A DNA stretch of 63,358 bases from a virus (Duplodnaviria; Caudoviricetes), in IMG/VR virus record IMGVR_UViG_3300030109_004835, positions 1-63,358 of that record; one strand, 5' to 3'. Of this stretch, positions 8,807 to 17,700 are shown one piece after another. The translations under genes were made by a program, and so were the position numbers. The notes below the pieces were generated by a model. The model ran no database searches, was not told the DNA's origin, and worked only from the letters and a program-made list of their open reading frames with translations. Within the stretch, counting starts at the first letter, position 1, and every line of letters starts with the position of its first letter.

Positions 8807-10064
8807 AGGTGTTTCTTGAAGATTGTTGGATATTAGAATCTGGAGAACCTGCTATCCCAATGTTGGATCTCATTTTTTTGTAGTCCTCCATCATCTTTTG
8901 CATATCAGCCATAAGCTGTGCTCCTTGTCTGCGTTCTGCTTCTTCGCGAGCGCGGCGTTCAGGAGTGGAGATATTGCTCCCTTCAGTTAGCCTTTGTCTT
9001 TCGGCTGCGCCGAACATTTTTTGGGCCTCGCCAGAGGCTCCTTTTCTCAACAACCTGCGGCCTGCTCTATTCATAGCCCCTGAGAAAGAACCTAACTCGC
9101 GGGGCGTCTTCCTCAAAGAGCTTCCTGCTCCTAAGCGTTGGCTAGAACTATTTTTATTTTTGACTGCTGCGAGGAACCCTTCGTCAGAAGCAAAGTCTTT
9201 TCTCCTTAACCCAGAGGTTACTAAGTTTTTTGAGAGCGGGGCACTTTTCCCCTTTCTCCCTAACTCAGTAAAATACTGTGCTATCGAACCCAGCGCACCA
9301 AATTTAGGCCCACCATCTTCTTTCGTCTTAGCTGGAGCAGCCGCCTGCATTGCTGCACGGGTAGCATCACTGTCGATAGTAGGCGTCCGCGCATTGATCT
9401 CTGCAAGCTGGGCTTCGGCCCTTTCTTGTCTTTCCCTAAAGCTTGTAAGCAAGTTCTCCCTGTTAAAAGCCTTCATATCTGATCTTTCAGAGGCGTTTAG
9501 TCTCCCATTACCGTCACTGTCAAATGCAGTAATATCAGCTTCGGTGGTTCCGAAAGCTTTTAGTCTTGCCTCTTCTTGCCGATCTGGTGAAAAGCTTTGT
9601 TCCCTTTCCTGTGGTGGGCCGAAAGCTGCGAGTCTTGCCGCCTCTTTTTTATCCGGCGAAAAGCTTCCTGTTTCAGACTTCCCCATGCTCCCAAAAAACT
9701 TGGCTTTAGGAGTGAAGTCTTCTTTGTCAGATTCTTCAGTTCTTCGTCTGCCGCTTGCTGTAAAGCCGGGAGCATCTACCCCCTCTATTTTCTCACCTTC
9801 TTTTTTATCTTCATATTTAAAATCAACTTCAGGTGCTTTAACAGGTATAGAAGGTTGAGTTGACTCAACGACTGCTTTGCCTACGTCGCCAAAAAATTCA
9901 CCCGTTGCTTTTCCCGCTGCACCTATAGCTTTACCGGTGTCTGTGACTACCTCCTCCAACGGTTTTATAGCACCTGACCCTTGGGGCCGAAGCACCCTCA
10001 CGTTTTTGCCGCCAGCCGGTTGCTTCTTCTTCTTCTTTTTATCGTCTTTGTCTCCGTTAGCCAT
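8790..10064 (-). CDS. Low-complexity putative internal virion protein with one EF-hand-like loop
   Basis: Likely ATG at 10064 (MANGDKDD) just after the upstream stop; contains DSDGNGRLNASE. Confidence 0.6.
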   Translation of the reverse strand: MANGDKDDKKKKKKQPAGGKNVRVLRPQGSGAIKPLEEVVTDTGKAIGAAGKATGEFFGDVGKAVVESTQPSIPVKAPEVDFKYEDKKEGEKIEGVDAPGFTASGRRRTEESDKEDFTPKAKFFGSMGKSETGSFSPDKKEAARLAAFGPPQEREQSFSPDRQEEARLKAFGTTEADITAFDSDGNGRLNASERSDMKAFNRENLLTSFRERQERAEAQLAEINARTPTIDSDATRAAMQAAAPAKTKEDGGPKFGALGSIAQYFTELGRKGKSAPLSKNLVTSGLRRKDFASDEGFLAAVKNKNSSSQRLGAGSSLRKTPRELGSFSGAMNRAGRRLLRKGASGEAQKMFGAAERQRLTEGSNISTPERRAREEAERRQGAQLMADMQKMMEDYKKMRSNIGIAGSPDSNIQQSSRNTYGSRL

Positions 10065-10066
10065 GA

Positions 10067-10360
10067 TTACCAAAGGTGTTTGCAAGCCCAGTAACGGGCA
10101 GTGGTTTTATCTTTTGCAGTAGCGCAGTTGTGCCTCGCTCTAAAATTAGCTCGACGTTTAGGATCTTTATGTTTTCTAAAATCGCTGTAATCGCGGTGCC
10201 CGTATGAGACTTTCTTAATTTTGTCCCCTTGCTTCCCCAGCACTACGAATTTTTTCTTCGAGCCTTTCGGGGCTCGCTTAGGCTTATTGAAGCCAGCATA
10301 GGTCTCCCCCATATACTGTATTCTACCTGAAGGTAGGCGCTTAAATCTTTTGGCAGCCAC
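10067..10360 (-). CDS. Small basic protein (DUF5754-like family of aquatic phages/NCLDV)
   Basis: KKVSYG..YSDFRKHKDPKRRANFRARH...ARYWACKHLW pattern. Confidence 0.65.
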   Translation of the reverse strand: MAAKRFKRLPSGRIQYMGETYAGFNKPKRAPKGSKKKFVVLGKQGDKIKKVSYGHRDYSDFRKHKDPKRRANFRARHNCATAKDKTTARYWACKHLW

Positions 10361-10367
10361 AAGCTAT

Positions 10368-10396
10368 AAATTACCTTTTTACCTTAAAAATGTCAA
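10368..10396 (-). promoter_or_regulatory. Sigma70-type promoter, near-leaderless
   Basis: TTGACA-17-TAATTT, then 7 nt to GTG at 10360. Confidence 0.65.
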
Positions 10397-10412
10397 TTGT
10401 AGCGAAAACGCA

Positions 10413-10508
10413 GACCTGAACTCAAAAACTCCTCTCCTAAAACACATGGTACTGATGATAAGATCATTGGTACCAAGGGTATTTGAGGAAAACTTTTTGA
10501 GTTCGGTC
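10413..10508. repeat. Long imperfect palindrome, copy 1
   Basis: GAACTCAAAAA...TGGTACTGATGAT-AAG-ATCATTGGTACCA...TTTTTGAGTTC; homologous to 48945-49030. Confidence 0.85.
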
Positions 10509-12294
10509 ATGAGATCAGACCTGTTTCGGAGTTCTCCAAAGCTGCCCCCAACGACTGGATTGTAACCCGTTTCCTGAACCCCGTACCCTGATCCTCTTTC
10601 GGTGGATCGACTGCCACGAGACCTAGACGCTGGCGAGCACAGTCGAGAGCAAGGAATGCGGCGTCGGCCAAGTCGGGGCTCCTACCAAACCGTGCCTTGA
10701 AGTCTGGCTTGGATTCAATTTTCACTTTCAAGGATCCAGTTTTAATCATGTCGTAGTTCCTAGCACACATCTCTTGGGCGAGGTCAGAGCCAATGCCGTA
10801 GATCTGTTTAGTTCTCATAAGTTCCTTACCCACAAACCATAACTCAGATACACGGTTCGTGTAGAGTTCTTCACCAGTGAGCTGGCTATTCATAGATACC
10901 CGTTTATCAGAAGCCCTACCCCCAAAAGTAACACGCATAAAATTAGGTGACCATTCTCCTGCCAAGACATCACAGAAAGGAGCCCCCGCTCCAGTGGAGT
11001 CAACCGCTACATTCTCTGGGCTGACCCCCTTTCTTTTACAGTGATCCACTATCTGCTGCACAATCTGGTAAGTTCGCGGGACTGCCTTGTTAGTAGCATC
11101 GTCATTGAGGTGGATTGAATCGGTAAACTGACAAACATATTGCCCATTTCTAGCGTAGCCTACCTCAGCGATAGATAAGATCGTCCGGTCACCGCCATTT
11201 GTGAATGCAGGGTCAACACCCGCGACTACTGTAGGTTTGCCCTCCCATTCGACCTTACCCATTGAGCCACATTTAGTTAGCTCAGATTCTGAATAAATCC
11301 CTGTCGTTTCGTCAGAGTCAAAAAAGACCGCCCTGATCATCCTCATATACCCCCGCGATTCCGGCCCCAACAGAATCCTGTCTTCTTCTAGTTTTTCCGC
11401 AGTCGGGAGCCAAGGATACTTTGTTTCCCCCAATAAAACGTTTGGGCTCCGCTCTCCGTCTAGTCTTATATACTTACCGCCCCACTTGGTGTCCCATTCG
11501 TCTGCCGTCTGTATGTCCACCGACTCCCAACCCTCTTTAGGCTCCGACCACACACCAAAAGCGTCGAACCGTGAGTTCGGGTTAGCCATTCCAATCATCT
11601 GGAAATGGGGGTTTTTTGACAGGTTAGTTAATCCCGCCTGAAGAATTGCTTCGGAAAGCTCCGAAAGCTCATCCCCAATCAAAATAACTCGTTTCTGTTT
11701 AATACCAATGAACTTACCTACCGCTTCGCGGGTCTTGCTTTTCTCAGCCGCAATCAAAGACAGGCCCGCTCTCTCGATAAGATTATCTTTTTCATCTATA
11801 TACGCAGCGTTTCCAATTGAATCCCGAATCTTGATTGGTGCCCCGTCAATCACTGACAAGAGCGATATCACTGAACCCCAAATCCTTTTTCGTGCCTCAC
11901 GCAACGTGGTTGAAGTCATGAGGATCAGGGTATCTCTGGGCTGAGACAACCAATTAACTATACCCCACGCCGCCATAGTGTGAGATTTTCCCGACGAAGC
12001 TGACCCGCCCACTGACAAATATTTATTGTGTATCGCTGAACGAATCATCTGTTCTGCCCAAGGGTGACGAATCATCATGGGTTCAGGTAAGTCGTCGTGA
12101 TTCCACAGCTCGTCACATATTCTCCAGAAATAGTACTCGCGTGCTAGAGCACGGGGGTGGTGCGCGAACCCATAAAGCAATGCCGTCAATAAACTGGTCG
12201 GAGGTATTAACAAACCCCCTACGTCCATCTTTTTTGTTTTCGGGTCGATGCGCGGCTCTATAACGCGCTTGCGTTTGGTTGGGTCGGACGGCAT
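10507..12294 (-). CDS. terL: Terminase large subunit
   Basis: Walker A GGSASSGKS, Walker B ILIGDE, nuclease GVDPA and GRSPDLADA; likely start MPSDP at 12294. Confidence 0.92.
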   Translation of the reverse strand: MPSDPTKRKRVIEPRIDPKTKKMDVGGLLIPPTSLLTALLYGFAHHPRALAREYYFWRICDELWNHDDLPEPMMIRHPWAEQMIRSAIHNKYLSVGGSASSGKSHTMAAWGIVNWLSQPRDTLILMTSTTLREARKRIWGSVISLLSVIDGAPIKIRDSIGNAAYIDEKDNLIERAGLSLIAAEKSKTREAVGKFIGIKQKRVILIGDELSELSEAILQAGLTNLSKNPHFQMIGMANPNSRFDAFGVWSEPKEGWESVDIQTADEWDTKWGGKYIRLDGERSPNVLLGETKYPWLPTAEKLEEDRILLGPESRGYMRMIRAVFFDSDETTGIYSESELTKCGSMGKVEWEGKPTVVAGVDPAFTNGGDRTILSIAEVGYARNGQYVCQFTDSIHLNDDATNKAVPRTYQIVQQIVDHCKRKGVSPENVAVDSTGAGAPFCDVLAGEWSPNFMRVTFGGRASDKRVSMNSQLTGEELYTNRVSELWFVGKELMRTKQIYGIGSDLAQEMCARNYDMIKTGSLKVKIESKPDFKARFGRSPDLADAAFLALDCARQRLGLVAVDPPKEDQGTGFRKRVTIQSLGAALENSETGLIS

Positions 12295-12327
12295 GATGGA
12301 ACTAGACACTAATCTACTTATTTTAGG

Positions 12328-12930
12328 ATGGGGGACAAGAACGAAGGCAACACCGAAATAGTGCAAAGAGCTTTAGAGATGAACGCACAGGGTATGACCA
12401 ACGCCGCTATCGGCAGACATCTTGGTGTCCATCAGGGTACTGTGAGGAGGTGGTTCCGAAAATTAGGGCTGCCCCCTAAAAAAGCGGGGTTCACGTTACC
12501 TACCGTCACGCCCGACAAAGACGAGCTTAAAGAGAAACTGGAAGTAAATCTTTCAGACATGACTCAGCAAGCAGCTACTGAAGCCCGCCTAGCTGCTTCA
12601 GAAAAAGAAGATCAAGTGCTCGCAGAAATAGCGGAGTCCCAAAACTCACCTTCTGACAAGTATCAACATTACGTTGCCGCTGCTGGGATCAAGTTACTTA
12701 GGGACAGTATGAGCATGGTGCGGGGGCCGAGGACTATCCGAGAGATGTCAGAGCTGGATCAGCTTATTAGAAGGAACCTTGGCCTAAACGCCAAAACAGG
12801 TGGAGGGGGCGGGCGAATGCAAATAGATATTTCAATTTTAAATAATTCTACAGACAAGAATGGGAGCAAACGGGTATCCGATAAACCCATTATAGACGTA
12901 GAAGAAACTAAGAAAGATGAGCTGGAGTGA
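12328..12930 (+). CDS. HTH DNA-binding protein, possible terminase small subunit
   Basis: N-terminal HTH (MTNAAIGRHLGVHQGTVRRW), helical middle, C-terminal IIDVE tail; adjacent to terL. Confidence 0.6.
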   Translation: MGDKNEGNTEIVQRALEMNAQGMTNAAIGRHLGVHQGTVRRWFRKLGLPPKKAGFTLPTVTPDKDELKEKLEVNLSDMTQQAATEARLAASEKEDQVLAEIAESQNSPSDKYQHYVAAAGIKLLRDSMSMVRGPRTIREMSELDQLIRRNLGLNAKTGGGGGRMQIDISILNNSTDKNGSKRVSDKPIIDVEETKKDELE

Positions 12931-13189
12931 TAGGTTTTCTTTAGAGTTCAACGGCCCCGAAGATTTAGAAGGCCAATACAACATAGGTATCCTTGACGAG
13001 ATAGTAGAGGCATACATGGGCGTAATAAGCCACCCCAACGGCCCGCCTATAGCTTGCTATAGCCATGAACTATCCGCGCACATTTTATCTAAAAAGTGGC
13101 GCATCACTAAAAAGTCAGCGTCTAATGTGATTGACTATATCGCTCAAAACGCTAGTGGTGATACGTCACCTGCGTTCTTAAAAACCTGA
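12917..13189 (+). CDS. Hypothetical protein
   Basis: Fills operon, overlaps upstream stop. Confidence 0.55.
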   Translation: MSWSDRFSLEFNGPEDLEGQYNIGILDEIVEAYMGVISHPNGPPIACYSHELSAHILSKKWRITKKSASNVIDYIAQNASGDTSPAFLKT

Positions 13190-13195
13190 TGTCTG

Positions 13196-13429
13196 ATGTT
13201 TCAGAACCGCTATGTAGTGGAGAACCCTTCTGTTCTCCGCAGAGAGAACTTGTTTGAAAACAAGTTTGTTTACCGCGTTACCCTTGCTAAGGGCATATAT
13301 TGCCGTGTAATACCTTCTACGTGGAAAGAAATCTGCTACCTAAGACTTCTGGAAAAAGGCGTGACTTATGAAGTCCCTAGTGAAGGGAACGGCCTTTTTA
13401 TTACATTTAAAGCAATGCCTAAAAAATGA
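13196..13429 (+). CDS. Hypothetical protein
   Basis: Fills operon; ATGA overlap with next gene. Confidence 0.55.
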   Translation: MFQNRYVVENPSVLRRENLFENKFVYRVTLAKGIYCRVIPSTWKEICYLRLLEKGVTYEVPSEGNGLFITFKAMPKK

Positions 13430-13758
13430 ATACCAAAGACTTACTTGCGATACATGAAGAAACCTGCACCGCAGCGCAGGACATTATGCGCCGCAAGAAC
13501 TCTGACTACACTGGAGGATCCAAAGCCACAGATGCGCTGGCTAACTTCAAAGCCTCTTTAGCCCTCAACCTGCACCCTGTAACCGGACTCCTGCTCCGTG
13601 TTCAGGACAAGATAATGAGGATACGGTCATTCGTGGCCGATGGAGAACTTCGCGTGATGAACGAATCTGTAGAGGATGCGTGTGATGACATTGTAAATTA
13701 CGCTATTCTGTGCAAAGCTCTGTTGCGGGAAGAAGCAGAAAACAAAAATAAAGAGTAA
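13426..13758 (+). CDS. Nucleotide-modification-associated domain 1 (DUF1599-like) protein
   Basis: RKNSDY...ANF...LRVQDKIMRI...NESVEDACDDIVNYA pattern. Confidence 0.75.
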   Translation: MNTKDLLAIHEETCTAAQDIMRRKNSDYTGGSKATDALANFKASLALNLHPVTGLLLRVQDKIMRIRSFVADGELRVMNESVEDACDDIVNYAILCKALLREEAENKNKE

Positions 13759-13976
13759 TGGAAGCCACGATCAAAGAAGCAAGAAAAACGGTGTGCGCTA
13801 GTGAATGCAAGGTATTAGCTAAATGGTTACAAGCGCGAGCGAAGCTAATCGAAGAAGGCCTTACCGATGACGAAAACACTTTAGCGGTACTTGGCCGTTA
13901 TGTTGGCCGAATCAAAGCTGACGTAGACAAAGCGGGCTGGGTAGCAGAAGTAAAAGAGCTAGAGCACCCCGAATGA
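13758..13976 (+). CDS. Hypothetical protein
   Basis: TAATG and ATGA coupling to neighbours. Confidence 0.6.
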   Translation: MEATIKEARKTVCASECKVLAKWLQARAKLIEEGLTDDENTLAVLGRYVGRIKADVDKAGWVAEVKELEHPE

Positions 13977-14467
13977 TAGTAGGTGTAGACAACGGGCTCG
14001 ATGGAGGACTATGCGCTATAGCGCAATTTAGTGGGGAGATTATTGATAAGATATCTATGCCCTGCCAGCAACGCAGCAAGAAAAGAGAAATAGACATATG
14101 TAAAATCCATCAGTGGCTCAGTGACCTGAACACTCCGTTTGTCATGGCTATTGAAGAACCACTGGCCCATGCAAAAAGTTCCCAAGCAGTCCGCTCAATG
14201 GCTATCTCATTCGGGAAGCTGCTGGGCATGGCTGAGTGTAAAGGATACGAGGTTGCAAGAATCAGTGTCCACAAATGGCAAAGGGATGTTCTGGGTTTTA
14301 TACCCAAGGGGATGACTAAAATAGCTGCCTTGAATACAGCCGAACGACTCGCCCCCGAGGAGAACTGGTTAAAGAACAAAAGATGCCGCACTCCCCACGA
14401 CGGTATGATCGACGCCTTCCTAATTGCCCATTACTACCGGCAAAGGAAAATTGTTGACAACAGCTAA
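13973..14467 (+). CDS. RuvC-like Holliday junction resolvase
   Basis: IVGVDNGLDGG, AIEEP, W.R, HDGMIDAFLIA catalytic pattern. Confidence 0.85.
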   Translation: MIVGVDNGLDGGLCAIAQFSGEIIDKISMPCQQRSKKREIDICKIHQWLSDLNTPFVMAIEEPLAHAKSSQAVRSMAISFGKLLGMAECKGYEVARISVHKWQRDVLGFIPKGMTKIAALNTAERLAPEENWLKNKRCRTPHDGMIDAFLIAHYYRQRKIVDNS

Positions 14468-14493
14468 GACTTTTGTATTTTTAACCCGTCAGT

Positions 14494-14593
14494 GTGTATT
14501 GGACTTGCGCTGGCGGTGATCCAAGACGTTTCAGAGAGACTGGGCGCCCACCATAGTTCTCCTCGTAGCGAAAACACCGCCAGCGCGATACAC
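14494..14593 (+). ncRNA. Candidate structured RNA / long stem-loop
   Basis: Perfect 12-bp inverted repeat GCGCTGGCGGTG (14507-14518) / CACCGCCAGCGC (14575-14586), plus GTGTAT/ATACAC; downstream of TTGACA(14454)-16-TATTTT. Confidence 0.4.
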
Positions 14594-14653
14594 TCTAAGA
14601 AAAAAATTGAATTAAGTCTGGGCTTTTAGCCCTCGTGTGTTAAGGCCCTATGC

Positions 14654-14914
14654 ATGCCAAAACACCACACACCGAAAAGCGTGGCTCAATTCTTTGAAGC
14701 TCACGACATACCTTTCTCAGACAAACCGTCTTTCTGGCGCAAAGCAATCAGCCCCGCGCTAGAGATGGGCTTCAAGATTGGGGAGTCTCGAAATGACGAT
14801 ATGGTTGTCATCACCCCACAGAGACACCGCAAATTATACAGAGGATTCGGGAAGTCTCAGTACAAGATGGGTATAGCCCTAGCACACGCGATGTTCAGCA
14901 ATCGCATCCACTGA
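14654..14914 (+). CDS. Hypothetical protein
   Basis: 86 aa, TGATG coupling to helicase. Confidence 0.6.
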   Translation: MPKHHTPKSVAQFFEAHDIPFSDKPSFWRKAISPALEMGFKIGESRNDDMVVITPQRHRKLYRGFGKSQYKMGIALAHAMFSNRIH

Positions 14915-16206
14915 TGAAAACGTTATTCCCGAAACAACAGGTGATCCACGACCTCTTTGTAGGTCAGCAAAAGCAGGGCAACAATACATGTGACACCTCT
15001 GACACCGGAGTAGGTAAAACGGTAGCCGCTTGCCAAATGGCAAAGACGCTTGGGCGACCTGTAGCGGTTATATGCCCTAAAGCTGTTGTGCCGTCGTGGG
15101 AAAGAGAGATGGCTGAGACAGGGCTCACCCCTGTTTTTGTCCTTAACTTTGAAAAGCTACGCACAGGGAGAACCCCCTACATGAAAAAAGCAGGGAAGAA
15201 AATTATGAGATGGGACTTGCCCGAAGACACCCTTGTATTGGTAGACGAAATACATAAGTGCAAAGGGCCTTACACCCAAAATGCCCAACTTGTTATCTCT
15301 CTTATACAGCAGGGATTTTCAGTACACGGGATGTCGGCAACAGCCGCAGAGGATCCTACCGAGATGAGGGGGCTTGGTTACATGCTGGGGCTGCATTCTC
15401 TTAATAAAACAGAGAACGGACTTAGAAGCTGGTACTCATGGATGCTCAGTAACGGGTGCGCTCAGAACGAGTGGGGTAAATGGGAGCTTATCAAAAGGTC
15501 TGTGCTGCCCCAAATACGAGACCAGATGTACAACAAGAACGTAGCCAAGCTAACAGCAGCAGATTTCCCAGACTCATTTAAAAACAACCGCGTTATCATT
15601 GAGACTATTGAGTTCAGTAACTCTTCTAAGATCAGGTCTGCTTACAAGAAAGCGGGGGTTACTCCTGAGATTGTACAACAGTATATTGAGAACGGGACGG
15701 TTGAAGACAGTGAGCATGTACTAGTAAATATCCTCCGCGCCCGCCAACTGGCAGAATCATTCAAGATCCCTGACCTTGTTGAGATGACTGATGATCTGGT
15801 AGCAGAAGGCAAGAGCGTTGTGCTATTCGTAAACTTCTCTGACACAGTTCAGACCCTGTGCCAGAACCTAAACTGCGATAGAGTCGAAGGAGGGCAATCC
15901 GCAGAAGATCGGCAGAATGCTATCGACCGTTTCCAAAACGACGAGAAGCATATATTGGTCGTCAACATTGCGGCGGGCGGCACAGGCATCTCCCTGCATG
16001 ACACAAAAGGTAACCGCCAAAGAGTGTCGTTGATATGCCCTTCTTTTTCCGCTAAGAACCATCTCCAAACTCTGGGGCGCATCCATCGTAATGGGGCCAA
16101 GAGTGACGCTATTCAAAAGATTCTTGTAGCTAACAAAAGCGTCGAAGAAGCTGTGATGAAAGCAGTAGGAAAACGGCTAAGAAACCTCAACATTCTCCAC
16201 TCATGA
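14914..16206 (+). CDS. Superfamily 2 (SNF2-like) helicase
   Basis: DTGVGKT, DEIH, SAT, GGTGISL, QTLGRIHR motifs. Confidence 0.9.
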   Translation: MKTLFPKQQVIHDLFVGQQKQGNNTCDTSDTGVGKTVAACQMAKTLGRPVAVICPKAVVPSWEREMAETGLTPVFVLNFEKLRTGRTPYMKKAGKKIMRWDLPEDTLVLVDEIHKCKGPYTQNAQLVISLIQQGFSVHGMSATAAEDPTEMRGLGYMLGLHSLNKTENGLRSWYSWMLSNGCAQNEWGKWELIKRSVLPQIRDQMYNKNVAKLTAADFPDSFKNNRVIIETIEFSNSSKIRSAYKKAGVTPEIVQQYIENGTVEDSEHVLVNILRARQLAESFKIPDLVEMTDDLVAEGKSVVLFVNFSDTVQTLCQNLNCDRVEGGQSAEDRQNAIDRFQNDEKHILVVNIAAGGTGISLHDTKGNRQRVSLICPSFSAKNHLQTLGRIHRNGAKSDAIQKILVANKSVEEAVMKAVGKRLRNLNILHS

Positions 16207-16565
16207 ACCAAACCAAACAAACACAAAAAATGCAAATAGACCTAAACACCAAAGAAATGCAGCAAGCCGTTTATAACGCAATAACCCACACGATAAGTGG
16301 GGCTATCAGCGACCTGTTCGATCCAGAAAACGTCAACGGAAACTGCTATATGCCGCAGCTTATTCGTCAGGCAATAATAGACGGCATAGACAAAGCCCTA
16401 TGCACTGGACCGGATACTCGTAATGCCATAGAGATGGGCATGAAGCGAGGTGTCGAAGAAGCAATGCGGAACACCCCTCCAATAGAAGACATCATGGACA
16501 AGCTGTCCGACATCGATGCTGATGCATTTGAGGAACGATTAAAAGAAATGCACAGTGCAGAATAA
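16203..16565 (+). CDS. Hypothetical protein
   Basis: ATGA overlap with helicase; fills operon. Confidence 0.55.
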   Translation: MNQTKQTQKMQIDLNTKEMQQAVYNAITHTISGAISDLFDPENVNGNCYMPQLIRQAIIDGIDKALCTGPDTRNAIEMGMKRGVEEAMRNTPPIEDIMDKLSDIDADAFEERLKEMHSAE

Positions 16566-17676
16566 ACCAGACCATGGTTCCAGAGGACACGCTGAGTTCT
16601 CCCCTTCTTCCCTGAAGTACGTCGCCTCATGTGCGGGGTACGAGGGGAAGGATGGGACCAGTGCAGCCGCTGAGATGGGCACACGCATCCACGAAGCGCT
16701 AGAAGTGCGGGACCCGTCTGCGCTCCATAATGAAAAGGAAACAAGTATCTATGACCAGATTGTAGAAATGGAAGCTGACTTCATGGGCAATTTTTCGTCC
16801 GTGAAGGAAGAACACAACGAAATCCAAGTCGATGTTGGGTTGGAGGGCACGGGGACATGGGGTACCTGCGACAGGTTTCTCATTCTTGAGTCCGGTACGG
16901 AGGCAGTGATGGCAGACTACAAAACGGGCATTAGCATTATCGACCCTCCTGAACATAACTGGCAGGCTAAGGCTTATACCGTAGGTGCTTTTCAAAAATA
17001 CAAAGACATAGAAAAAATTGTTTTTGTGTTTTACGTACCACAACATAACGACTCTTTACACCATACGTTCAGCCGCGATGATGTGGCCGGTCTTATTCAG
17101 GAGTTAAGCGATGTGATCAAAAAGGGCGAGGAAGTTCGCCCTAAGTGGGCCAAAGGAGATATAGACCTTAAGGACTGCACCCCGACCCAGTACTGCCGGT
17201 TCTGCAAACACGAGGACGCTTGCCCTGCATTGGGTGGGCTGGTCATCGACGTAGCAAAGAAGCTCGACTCCACGATCCCTGATGTAGATCTGGAGAACAT
17301 TGATGACCCTGCGCGTTTGTCGGAACTCTTCAACATCGCTAAGATCGTGGAGAACTGGGCTGCTCGTATCAAAGAGCGCACAATCGAAGCGGCGAAGGAT
17401 GGCGTAGAACTCGACGGTTTGAAGCTGCGCTCAATGGGGCGCACCAGAAAGATCATGGACAATGAGACCTTTGCTACCATAGCAGAAGAGCATGGTCTGG
17501 AAGCTAGAGACCTATTGGAAGCCGCTAATTTACCTCTCGCAAAGATTGCAAAACTCGTTGGCGCTCAAGCGGAAAAGGGTGGGCGGCGAGAAAAAGAGTT
17601 GAATTTTATTGACGCCTGTGAAGAAGCGGGCATTATCCGCGCCTCAGACGAACGATTTACTATCGCGAGTCGATAA
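16555..17676 (+). CDS. DUF2800/Cas4-like PD-(D/E)XK exonuclease
   Basis: HAEFSPSS..C, GTRIHE, GTCD, DYKTG, Q..AY, CRFC...C. Confidence 0.85.
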   Translation: MQNKPDHGSRGHAEFSPSSLKYVASCAGYEGKDGTSAAAEMGTRIHEALEVRDPSALHNEKETSIYDQIVEMEADFMGNFSSVKEEHNEIQVDVGLEGTGTWGTCDRFLILESGTEAVMADYKTGISIIDPPEHNWQAKAYTVGAFQKYKDIEKIVFVFYVPQHNDSLHHTFSRDDVAGLIQELSDVIKKGEEVRPKWAKGDIDLKDCTPTQYCRFCKHEDACPALGGLVIDVAKKLDSTIPDVDLENIDDPARLSELFNIAKIVENWAARIKERTIEAAKDGVELDGLKLRSMGRTRKIMDNETFATIAEEHGLEARDLLEAANLPLAKIAKLVGAQAEKGGRREKELNFIDACEEAGIIRASDERFTIASR

Positions 17677-17700
17677 TACAGAAACAAGAAACACGAAACA

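Noticed and set aside
103-9863. Plus-strand Ser/Leu/Phe-rich ORFs in the track
   Set aside because: Antisense shadows of the long minus-strand genes; the same applies to most small ORFs opposite the tail and head genes
14494-14593. tRNA, hammerhead ribozyme or retron ncRNA
   Set aside because: No cloverleaf or T-loop, no CUGANGA core recognised, and no RT gene
16555-17676. CRISPR-Cas system (Cas4-like gene)
   Set aside because: Stand-alone phage exonuclease in a replication operon; no array or other cas genes
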